Shown: positions 20,026 through 29,232 of the stretch, piece by piece
How positions within the stretch are numbered: position 1 is the first letter of the stretch
How the letters are laid out: every line of letters begins with the position of its first letter
NCBI GenBank assembly: GCA_964634885.1
Contig: CAZWLN010000009.1
Coordinates: 17,735 to 81,734, forward strand
Length of the DNA stretch: 64,000 nt
From: an uncultured Hyphomicrobiales bacterium
GTDB lineage: Bacteria > Bacteroidota > Ignavibacteria > Kapaibacteriales > UBA2268
Direction of reading: 5' to 3'
Notes under the pieces: model-generated
Seen by the model: only the letters and a program-made list of their open reading frames with translations
Databases searched by the model: none
What the model was told of the DNA's origin: nothing
Program-made: the position numbers and the translations under genes

Positions 20026-23000
20026 ATGAAAACAATTAAGCTTATATTGTACCTGATTATTTCCCCGTTATTATTATCTGGGACACTCTGTCTGAGCAAA
20101 ACTCCTACCGTGCAGTACAACTACGACGAACTGAACAGGTTGGTAAGAGTTGCTTACGACAACGGCTCAACACAAGTATTTAAATATGACGAATTAGGAA
20201 ATCGAATAGAGCAGATTAATCATTATGTAGGTTTTCTGCAGAAGAACAAGGCAAATCCTTTGGAAATTACCTTATATCAGTTCGAAGATATTGTTTTCCG
20301 CGGTTTGATTGGAGAAGAAGCAGGTATGATTCAAAAGAAGCAGGGTGACAATAAGGAAGTAACGATGAACCTCGATGGTGAAGTACCGGAAGTAAAAAAT
20401 TGGAAATGGATGTTCGAAGGAGATTCTTTGGTTTACGAAGGTCAGGAAGTGTATCATGCATTTTGCAGTCCAGGCAGGTTCAATGTTAAAACAATAGTTG
20501 AGTATATGGACGGTGGAATTGTTTACTACGAGAATTTCATCGATATTTCTCCGGACCTCAGAGTCAGGTCCTATGATTTGTACACATGTAAAAGCGCCGT
20601 TAATATTGAGATAAGCCCATCTGACCTTATATATTGCAATGGCGATATGCTGCCGGTAATGGCTGCCTATGGTGGTTCGGGAGAATACGATTATGACTGG
20701 TATCCAAAGGAGTCTTTGCTCAATTCTAACTCAGAAAAGCCATTGCTGGTTGTAGCAGATACAAATATTTCATTGACATTGAATGTAACCGACAAGGAGA
20801 CTGGTATTACAAGGAGCGGCATTGTTAATGTATATGTCAATCAGGAACCGGTAGTGTTGGAACAGTCCGATGATGTAGAAGTTTGCCTGGGCGAAGATAC
20901 CACATTATTTGTAAAAACAAATTATCAAAACGCTGTTTTTCAGTGGTATAAAAATGATGAGCCAATTGCAAATTCCAATGAAAATCAGTTGATTGTCCAT
21001 GATTTTAATATGTTGAATGCAGGGAAATATAGTTGCAGAGTAATGGATACGAGCTTGTATTCGTGTATTGTATTTTCCGAGGATATTGAGTTATCTAAAG
21101 TTCAGGATATAATAATTGATAGTATTCAGGAATCAGTAATCCTTTGCAATCAAAATGAATACAACTTATTTGTCAAGGCGACAGGTTCATATATTAATTA
21201 CCAGTGGCAAAAAGACGGTCATAACGTAGATAGTCCTAATTCTTCTGAGTATCTTCTAACAGACATCGATTCCAATAAAACAGGAGATTACAGATGCCTG
21301 TTAATAAATTCAAAATGTGGAGATACTACTGTCTCAGGCAATATTCGTATTGACATGGCAGTTCCTCCTGCAATAACAGTTCAACCAGAGAATCAATCAG
21401 TATGCCTTGGTGGAACATTAGCAATCCATATTGAGGCTTCAGGCGATGATCTGCTTTTTGAATGGTATAAAGATAGTGTAATGATAGATACTGATGAGAT
21501 AGCAAAGGATTTAGTTAAACATAATATAACACTTTCTGATACTGGTAAATACTATTGTAATGTCGTTAGTGATAAATGTAAAACTGTTTCCATGAGTAAA
21601 GAAGTTACTGTAAAATTGCGAGAATATCCTTCTGTTGTTGTCAATACGGACTCAGTATTAATTTGTCGGGGCAATACCCTGATACTTAAACCGAAGTCAG
21701 TTTCTGATGGTGTGTATTACCAATGGCAAATCGACAATAAAGACATAGAAAATGCATTCGACAAAGAATACCGTAATTCTCAGCTTACTCATCGGAATTC
21801 GGGATTGTACAGATGCATTGTAACTGATAGTGTTTGTGGATTCAAAGATACTTCAGATTACATTCCGGTTTATGTATACAGAAGTCCGGAAATTATAAGC
21901 CAGATTAAAGATACTGCTGTTTGTGAGGGTGACGATTTAGAATTAAGAATTGAGGCTTTTGGTGATGGATTGCAGTATACATGGAGTAAAAATAATTTCC
22001 CCATAGAGCAGTATACTGAAGGCAAGATAGTAATTAAGAATATTACTAAAGATGATGAAGGATACTATAAATGTGTTGTAGGCAGTAGCTATTGTGGCCG
22101 AGAAAATATAACTTCTAATCTGATTAATGTAAAAGTTAAATTAAAACCAGTAATAGTTGAAACACCTGAAACAAGATACGTTTCTCCGGGTTCAAATATT
22201 GAACTTAGTACCAATGCAGAAAATTGTGATAGTTGTTACTATCAATGGTATATTAACGGGAATTTAATAAACGACGAGAATGGTAAGATTGCAGGTTCAC
22301 AAACGAGTACACTGAAAATTTGGGGATTTGATGTTGAATCGCACTCAGGAGAATATTTTGTTAAAGCTATCAATGAATGTGGGTCTGATCAAAGTGACAA
22401 TTTTACAATAAAAGTAATTGATATAATATCGGAACAACCCCAAAGCAATGGTCTTTGCCTTGGTGATTCGTTTGATATTCCTGTAGTTTTGAAGAACATC
22501 CCCCCCGGTAACGAGCCTCTATTCAAGTGGTATAAAAATGGGATAGAATTACAAAATGCTAATATTAGCAACCTTACATATAGTAGCAAGATTACCTTGA
22601 ATCCTGTATCATACAATGATTCAGGCGAATATCAGGCAGAGATTGTATTAATGCCTTCAGGAATCAAGATATATTCTGAAAAAGCGAATATTTGGGTTGA
22701 AGAAAAAGCTATATTTAATGATATGCCGCCACATACAGTATGTATTGATACAATTACAGGTGATGTAATGGTTTTAGAAGTTATAGCATTTGGTACAAAA
22801 CCAATATATTATCAGTGGTATAAAGACTTGAAACCATTAGCGAATGAAACTAGCTCAATTCTTAAGGTGTATAATCCTGGAAGAAACACCGGTATGTATC
22901 AATGCAAAGCCTGGAATAACTGCAATATAAAGAATTCAGATAGTGCCTTAACTTACTTTGTGAGTGTTTATACGCCTGTTGTAGAGAATAAATCATATTT

Positions 23001-23268
23001 GAATTATAGCCTATTGCCCAATAAACCAAATCCGTTCGATGAAAGTACATTCATCTGTTTTACATTGCCTTACTCACAATATGCAGAATTGACCATCTAT
23101 GATGCTTTAGGAAAAAAAATTATCGTCTTATATCAAGGAATAGCCGATGAAGGATATAATGAAATACAATTCAACTCAAAAGAAATGGACCTTTCAGGTG
23201 GGGTATATTTCTATACTCTTGAAACGTTAACTTTCAAAGATACTAAACCGATGATTCTTTTGAAATAA
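20026..23268 (+). CDS. Ig-like (I-set-type) domain repeat protein with N-terminal YD-repeat fragment and T9SS C-terminal sorting domain
   Basis: Signal peptide; YNYDELNRLVRVAYDNGSTQVFKYDELGNRIEQ (YD repeat); about 10 repeats of roughly 90 aa with W(Y/Q)K(N/D)...G.Y.C pattern; CTD ...GGVYFYTLETLTFKDTKPMILLK. Confidence 0.7.
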   Translation: MKTIKLILYLIISPLLLSGTLCLSKTPTVQYNYDELNRLVRVAYDNGSTQVFKYDELGNRIEQINHYVGFLQKNKANPLEITLYQFEDIVFRGLIGEEAGMIQKKQGDNKEVTMNLDGEVPEVKNWKWMFEGDSLVYEGQEVYHAFCSPGRFNVKTIVEYMDGGIVYYENFIDISPDLRVRSYDLYTCKSAVNIEISPSDLIYCNGDMLPVMAAYGGSGEYDYDWYPKESLLNSNSEKPLLVVADTNISLTLNVTDKETGITRSGIVNVYVNQEPVVLEQSDDVEVCLGEDTTLFVKTNYQNAVFQWYKNDEPIANSNENQLIVHDFNMLNAGKYSCRVMDTSLYSCIVFSEDIELSKVQDIIIDSIQESVILCNQNEYNLFVKATGSYINYQWQKDGHNVDSPNSSEYLLTDIDSNKTGDYRCLLINSKCGDTTVSGNIRIDMAVPPAITVQPENQSVCLGGTLAIHIEASGDDLLFEWYKDSVMIDTDEIAKDLVKHNITLSDTGKYYCNVVSDKCKTVSMSKEVTVKLREYPSVVVNTDSVLICRGNTLILKPKSVSDGVYYQWQIDNKDIENAFDKEYRNSQLTHRNSGLYRCIVTDSVCGFKDTSDYIPVYVYRSPEIISQIKDTAVCEGDDLELRIEAFGDGLQYTWSKNNFPIEQYTEGKIVIKNITKDDEGYYKCVVGSSYCGRENITSNLINVKVKLKPVIVETPETRYVSPGSNIELSTNAENCDSCYYQWYINGNLINDENGKIAGSQTSTLKIWGFDVESHSGEYFVKAINECGSDQSDNFTIKVIDIISEQPQSNGLCLGDSFDIPVVLKNIPPGNEPLFKWYKNGIELQNANISNLTYSSKITLNPVSYNDSGEYQAEIVLMPSGIKIYSEKANIWVEEKAIFNDMPPHTVCIDTITGDVMVLEVIAFGTKPIYYQWYKDLKPLANETSSILKVYNPGRNTGMYQCKAWNNCNIKNSDSALTYFVSVYTPVVENKSYLNYSLLPNKPNPFDESTFICFTLPYSQYAELTIYDALGKKIIVLYQGIADEGYNEIQFNSKEMDLSGGVYFYTLETLTFKDTKPMILLK

Positions 23269-23304
23269 CGGTTTGACAATTTGTTTGAATAGTTACATTT
23301 ATAT

Positions 23305-26300
23305 ATGAGAGTGAAAGTATACATAATAATAGTTCTTAGTATTTCAGAGTTTTGCAGAAGCAATGATTCTATTGCCAAAGATCAATATGATAGTATTTTA
23401 ATATCGTCCAAAAGTTCCATTGTTTGGAGCCGGTATTTCGGAAAAGATGGTGATGAAAGTGCTTATGATTTGGATTTAGATAATCAGGGTAATATTTATA
23501 TTACTGGTTATACTGATAGTGAAAACGGATTTGCTACACAAGGCGCCTATCAAGAAAAGTTTGGAGGAAAATATGATGCATTTCTCCTTAAAATCAATGG
23601 TAAAGGGCAGATTCTTTGGACAACTTATTTGGGTGGTCCAGAATTAGATGTTGCCAATGATCTGATTGTTAAAGACAATTGCATTTATATTGTAGGCAAT
23701 ACTTCAAGTAAAAGTGGCATTGCTTTTGGAAATGTTAGCACCAAGTATGCTGGTGGTGAGTACGATGCTTTCATAGCCAAGTTCGATTTAAACGGAAGTT
23801 TGATTTGGGCAACGTATTATGGTGGTAATGGGAATGATCAAGCTTATGGAATATCATTAAATTCAAATGAGGAAATCATCGTAAGTGGCATAACAAGCAG
23901 TGATAATGGTATTGTAACCAAAGATGCCTTTGAAATAAGCATTCATGAAGGTTTTGATGCTTTTTTTGCTAAATTCAATAGGAACGGACAGCTTATCTAT
24001 GGGACATATTTCGGGGGGAATAACGAAGACCTATGTTATAATACAACTATAGACGATAATGATAATATATATCTATCAGGCTCAACTAATAGCAGTGATC
24101 TGCCTATAACAATTAATAAAAATGGAAAGAGTTATTCTGGTGGGAAAAGGGATGGATTCATTGCCAGGTTTGATAATCAGTTAAACTTGAACTATTGTTC
24201 ATACTACGGCGGAGAAGGTGAAGATATTATTAATGACTTATTGCTAACAAAAGATAAGTTTATAATTCTGGGAACAACTGACAGCCGTAGTGGTATTTCT
24301 TATGGTAATAGCTTTAAGACGATGATTACAGGGGATTCCATCGATAGCTTTGTATCTATGTATGATTTTGATGGAAATGCAATCTGGGGATCATATTATG
24401 GAGGGAATGGTAAGGATGTATTAGAAAGTGCCGAAATAGTCAATGATAGTGTATTATTCATGTTAGGAACTACTGATAGTCAGGAAAATATTTCATCTGA
24501 TAATACTGAGCTAAACCCGAATCCGAATCAATACGATGCTTTCTTGTGTAATTTCGATATATCTGGTAATAGGTTAAGCAGTACTTATTTCGGGGGCAGT
24601 AATAATGATAACCCTTATTCAATCGCCTTTGATGAGAATAATAGTACATTGATAATTACAGGTAATACTCTAAGTAAGGATTACATTTCAATTAATTCGC
24701 CAGAACAGTCATTAAAAGATCAATATAGAGATCTGTTTATCGCAAAATTTAGAACAATTGATCCTAAAATTAACATCAACATAGAAAAAAGAACTTTCTG
24801 TTCGGGATCAACATTTGGAGTTGGTATATTTACTAATACTGAATTTGGCTATGGCAATGTATTTACTATACAATTATCTGACGAAACAGGAAGTTTCGAT
24901 AATCCAATCAATATTGGTAATGTGAATGTAGGAAGTTCAGTTAATCAAAGTGTGACACTGCCAGCAGATTTAAAATATGGGGATAGTTATTCACTAAGAA
25001 TTATATCTTCAAATCCCACATTGCTGAGTGATACAATAACCAACATTATAATAGTACCTTTTATAAAGACCGAATTGATTAACCCCGAATTGAATATTTG
25101 CGAGGGTTCCATAGTAAGCTATTCCTTTAACAAGCAATATGATGAAATTTATTCGCTTGTAACAGTTACTGGTGGTATTATCCTGAGTGACAGTACTCAA
25201 AGCCCTTGTAAAGTATTATGGACGGAACCTGGTAATCATGCAATTACTCTAATATACTCCATGTCTGATACTATGTGTTATGACACTGTTTTGGAAAATG
25301 TCAATGTTTATCCAAAACCCATCGCTGAATTTTCCGGGGATACAGTTGTATGCTTAAACTCAGAAATCCAATATGCTTTGAATAGAGATGATTCAAGTGA
25401 TTATAGATGGGAAGTTGAAAACGGGATAATAACTGACTCAACAGACAGTTATATTACAATATTATGGAATCAATTATCAAGTTGCAAATTATCCCTTACA
25501 GTAATTGGTAATAATAATTGTTGTGACACCTCGGCAAAGCAAATACGAATAAATGAATTACCTAATGTTACCCTTGATGATTTCGAAGACTATGTACTAA
25601 GCACTCCACCCTTCGAACTGAGTGGAGGGCTACCTATTGGTGGTCCATATAGTGGACCAGGTGTCAATAATAATCTGTTCTATCCTACAGAAGCAGGCAT
25701 TGGAAAACATGTAATCACTTATACTTATATCGACTCAAATGGATGTTCATCAAATGCTAAAGCAAATATAATCGTATATCCAGAAAATCCTTTTGTGCAA
25801 TATTCAATAGATAATCCTTTCCCTAATGTAATATGTGAGAGTTTTGATACTGTTTATATTAGTATAACTAATATTGGAGCTAAATCTTTAAATATTCAGA
25901 ATATTGATTTGGTTGGGGAAAACGCAGGTGATTTCAAAATATTAGATATACTGGACTCGATAAGGGGACGGGATTCGGTTATATTGAAGGTATTGTTTAA
26001 CCCTTTGGACACAGGGAATAGAGAAGCCGGAATAATTATTGAGAATGATTCAGATAACAATCCACTTTTGGGGATTGGAATTGGTGGCAGAAAGGATAGT
26101 ACAGGTTTAGTTTTTTCCGATTCGTCAATTCTCTTTTCAAATGTTCCACCCTATATAAAAGTAGAAAAGGAAATTGCCTTAGAGTATTTAGGTACTTTAT
26201 CATATACTACAAGTTTTCCCATTATAATTGATGAGAATTTCACTTTGGAAAGTATAGAGCCTTTAGTATTCGACTCAGATCATAGAAAAGGAATAGCAAA

Positions 26301-27075
26301 GTTTACTTTTAATAATGGGATAGAAGGTCACAACTATTCTGCTACATTTGCACTTATTGATTCACTATGTGGTCATGATGGAGTTATTAATCTTCATGCA
26401 AATGTTAACCCTAAAGGTAAAGTCAGAATTCTTTTAGATACATTATCAGCTTTCCCCGGTGATACTGTGATAATGATTGTTAGATTAACTGACACACTTC
26501 TCTTCCAAGAATCCAGAGTATCTGGAATTAGTTTTCTGTTACATTTGAAATCTACTCTTCTTGAATACATTGGCGAGTACGACTACGAATTAAACGATGA
26601 TGAACGACATATTCATGTGATTCATAACTTCAATAATGGCTTCCAAACACAGCTAAAATTTATTGCAAGATTAAGTTCTGATTCAACTACATTCATTACA
26701 CTAGACAGTATTGAGACTATTGGCGGCCTATTAGATGTAGATGTGGTGAAAGGGATTTTCAAACTATCTGGGATATGTTACGAAGGAGGTCCCAGATTAA
26801 TCGACACGAAAGGCCAAGTTACTATATATTCGATTAAACCTGAACCTGCGATTGATGAATGCATAGTTACCTATGAAACAATCGAAAAGGGTTTAACACA
26901 GCTAATCATCTATAATTCATTAGGCATGGAGTTAAAATCAATTGTTAAGGATGTTATTACTCCTGGTCGCGAATCGTTGACTCTTAACCTTGATGAATTA
27001 TTTTCCGGTACATACTTCTTTGCACTGATTACACCTTCGGATTACAGAATCAAACCATTTAGGATTATCCGGTAA
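23305..27075 (+). CDS. SBBP-repeat beta-propeller protein with Ig-like/CARDB-like region and T9SS C-terminal sorting domain
   Basis: Recurring (Y/F)(Y/L)GG.G.D.(A/G)..I..D....(I/Y)..G.T.S (SBBP-like) repeats; CTD ...SGTYFFALITPSDYRIKPFRIIR. Confidence 0.7.
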   Translation: MRVKVYIIIVLSISEFCRSNDSIAKDQYDSILISSKSSIVWSRYFGKDGDESAYDLDLDNQGNIYITGYTDSENGFATQGAYQEKFGGKYDAFLLKINGKGQILWTTYLGGPELDVANDLIVKDNCIYIVGNTSSKSGIAFGNVSTKYAGGEYDAFIAKFDLNGSLIWATYYGGNGNDQAYGISLNSNEEIIVSGITSSDNGIVTKDAFEISIHEGFDAFFAKFNRNGQLIYGTYFGGNNEDLCYNTTIDDNDNIYLSGSTNSSDLPITINKNGKSYSGGKRDGFIARFDNQLNLNYCSYYGGEGEDIINDLLLTKDKFIILGTTDSRSGISYGNSFKTMITGDSIDSFVSMYDFDGNAIWGSYYGGNGKDVLESAEIVNDSVLFMLGTTDSQENISSDNTELNPNPNQYDAFLCNFDISGNRLSSTYFGGSNNDNPYSIAFDENNSTLIITGNTLSKDYISINSPEQSLKDQYRDLFIAKFRTIDPKININIEKRTFCSGSTFGVGIFTNTEFGYGNVFTIQLSDETGSFDNPINIGNVNVGSSVNQSVTLPADLKYGDSYSLRIISSNPTLLSDTITNIIIVPFIKTELINPELNICEGSIVSYSFNKQYDEIYSLVTVTGGIILSDSTQSPCKVLWTEPGNHAITLIYSMSDTMCYDTVLENVNVYPKPIAEFSGDTVVCLNSEIQYALNRDDSSDYRWEVENGIITDSTDSYITILWNQLSSCKLSLTVIGNNNCCDTSAKQIRINELPNVTLDDFEDYVLSTPPFELSGGLPIGGPYSGPGVNNNLFYPTEAGIGKHVITYTYIDSNGCSSNAKANIIVYPENPFVQYSIDNPFPNVICESFDTVYISITNIGAKSLNIQNIDLVGENAGDFKILDILDSIRGRDSVILKVLFNPLDTGNREAGIIIENDSDNNPLLGIGIGGRKDSTGLVFSDSSILFSNVPPYIKVEKEIALEYLGTLSYTTSFPIIIDENFTLESIEPLVFDSDHRKGIAKFTFNNGIEGHNYSATFALIDSLCGHDGVINLHANVNPKGKVRILLDTLSAFPGDTVIMIVRLTDTLLFQESRVSGISFLLHLKSTLLEYIGEYDYELNDDERHIHVIHNFNNGFQTQLKFIARLSSDSTTFITLDSIETIGGLLDVDVVKGIFKLSGICYEGGPRLIDTKGQVTIYSIKPEPAIDECIVTYETIEKGLTQLIIYNSLGMELKSIVKDVITPGRESLTLNLDELFSGTYFFALITPSDYRIKPFRIIR

Positions 27076-29214
27076 GTGATTATGATCAGAAAAATTCTAT
27101 TAATATCTTTCTTAGTAATGTTTTATTATCCTGCTAACTGTACAGCCATTGATACCAGTAAGGTCAATACCTCTGTTGGAGTAGATTATTACTATTCTCT
27201 TATTTCCAATAACTCTAGTTTTAGTAAGCTGCCTGGGATAAAGAATTGTTGTCCTGTTTTTGATAAAGGTACTGGAAGCAGCTATAAACTGGGAATATTC
27301 TTTGATGTACCTTTTGGGTTGGGTTTTTTCTTAAAAACAAACATCTTCTTTTCAAATACATCATCCAGACTGACAAAAAATGAAAACGTTTTTGTTGCTC
27401 TTCAAGATGAGACGGTTTTGGGTAATTTTGAACATATAATTGAAAACAGGATAAAAATGATAAGCATTCAACCAACAGTTACTTATCAGCTTTTTAGAAA
27501 TTTTAAAACTCATATAGGTTTATGGCTGGGTTATGTATATCATAATTCTTTTATTCAATATGAGAGAATCACAGAACCTGAGAATTCAGGTACATTCATT
27601 AACAAAGACGGCACGAATTCTTATAGTCGCATTCGCAACCTTCAAAAAGGTATTATGCCGAACTATAATAAAGTTCTTTTTGGCTTGTCTGGCGGAGTCG
27701 CTTACCATATGAATCTTGACAAAAATAATAGATTCATGTTAATACCTGAAATTGATTTCTCCCTATTACTTACAAATTTGGTTCATAATCTCGACTGGAA
27801 ATACTCTGAATTGTCATTTGGATTAGGATTTTCCTATAATTTCATTCATTATGATGTCATACCGGAATACAATAAATCCCAAGAAAGTATAATTAGAATT
27901 GATACCATAATAATCGTCGATGACAAAGCCGACTCGCTAATGTTCTGTGAAGGTAAAACACGTTTATTATTGGATACTCAAAAAGTTGCTTCTGTTTACC
28001 TAATCAAAGAATTATTGTTAAGAGTTGATACTCTTTACAAACCTTCAGTGAAAAGCAGAATTGATGTTACTATTGCTTCGGATACCACATTGAAAAACAA
28101 AATCGAACAAATTGTTATAAAAGAGTATCTATCCTTAAAAGGCTATCCTTTTCTGAATTGTATCTTTTTTGAGCGAAATTGCTCTGAACTTCCATCGAGA
28201 TACATTATTCCAAGCAAAGAAGAAATACGGAACTCACATGAATATTCTATAGTGAAATATGAAACTCTGCCTATATATTATAATATTCTGAAGATCATTG
28301 GCTATCGAATGAGTACAAACACTAATTCAACACTTACTATCAATGGGATTGTATCAAACTATGAATATGGGACCGTAGCCAGGGAAAGATGTTTGACGAT
28401 TAAGAGATATCTTGAGAATGTTTTTAATATTGACTCAAACAGAATACATATCATTGCTTCAAAAAGTAAATACTTGCAGGATAATGTTTCCCGGGAGAAA
28501 CAAGAAGAAGACCAAAGAGTTGAAATGACCTCAAATGATAGTGAAGTTTTTGCCCCAATTTTACAAATAGATACTCTGTTCAAAATTGAACCTATGAAGG
28601 TGTACGCCTTTCCCAAAATTACAAATTATCAAGATGTTTCATATTATACATTTGATATTGTGCTTGGCAATGATACTGTTATTACTGATACAATTATCAG
28701 GTTACAAAGTTATTATGAAATCGAACTTTCTAAGTTGAATTTCAAAAAGTATAAAAAGAATCTTACCATTTGTCTATCTTGCTATAATTCAGACAAAGAA
28801 GTTATTACCTCTATTAAAGAAACTGTTCCTTTAGAGTATAAAACAATAAACACTCCACTGTCTTCTGACGAAGGGATCGATTCATACGATAGCTATTGCC
28901 TGATTCTGTTCGATCGTGGTAAAACTGATATTACAGGCCAAAACATTCAAAATGCCGAGATTATCAAATCGAGAATCAGTTCCAATTCTGAAGTTACTAT
29001 TATTGGTTATACCGATAGTATTGGAGAACCCGAATTGAACAAACAATTAGCACTTGAACGTGCTACAAACTTTGCTCGTTTATTGAATTTGGAATCGGCT
29101 TACATCATTGATTCCAAATCGAATATGCCCTTGTATGACAATAGCCTTCCTGAGGGTAGATTATACAGCAGAACAGTTGAAGTAAGAATTAAAAATACAT
29201 TGCCACCCAAATAA
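27076..29214 (+). CDS. OmpA-family outer-membrane protein (N-terminal beta-barrel-like region, C-terminal OmpA/peptidoglycan-binding domain), 712 aa; paralog of 46632-48770
   Basis: Signal peptide; NCCPVFDKGTGSSYKLGIFFD N-terminal block shared with the paralog; C-terminal GYTDSIGEPELNKQLALERA...LPEGRLYSRTVEVRI (OmpA-like TD..G...N..LS..RA). Confidence 0.65.
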   Translation: MIMIRKILLISFLVMFYYPANCTAIDTSKVNTSVGVDYYYSLISNNSSFSKLPGIKNCCPVFDKGTGSSYKLGIFFDVPFGLGFFLKTNIFFSNTSSRLTKNENVFVALQDETVLGNFEHIIENRIKMISIQPTVTYQLFRNFKTHIGLWLGYVYHNSFIQYERITEPENSGTFINKDGTNSYSRIRNLQKGIMPNYNKVLFGLSGGVAYHMNLDKNNRFMLIPEIDFSLLLTNLVHNLDWKYSELSFGLGFSYNFIHYDVIPEYNKSQESIIRIDTIIIVDDKADSLMFCEGKTRLLLDTQKVASVYLIKELLLRVDTLYKPSVKSRIDVTIASDTTLKNKIEQIVIKEYLSLKGYPFLNCIFFERNCSELPSRYIIPSKEEIRNSHEYSIVKYETLPIYYNILKIIGYRMSTNTNSTLTINGIVSNYEYGTVARERCLTIKRYLENVFNIDSNRIHIIASKSKYLQDNVSREKQEEDQRVEMTSNDSEVFAPILQIDTLFKIEPMKVYAFPKITNYQDVSYYTFDIVLGNDTVITDTIIRLQSYYEIELSKLNFKKYKKNLTICLSCYNSDKEVITSIKETVPLEYKTINTPLSSDEGIDSYDSYCLILFDRGKTDITGQNIQNAEIIKSRISSNSEVTIIGYTDSIGEPELNKQLALERATNFARLLNLESAYIIDSKSNMPLYDNSLPEGRLYSRTVEVRIKNTLPPK

Positions 29215-29232
29215 CATATAGCAGCCATTGGC

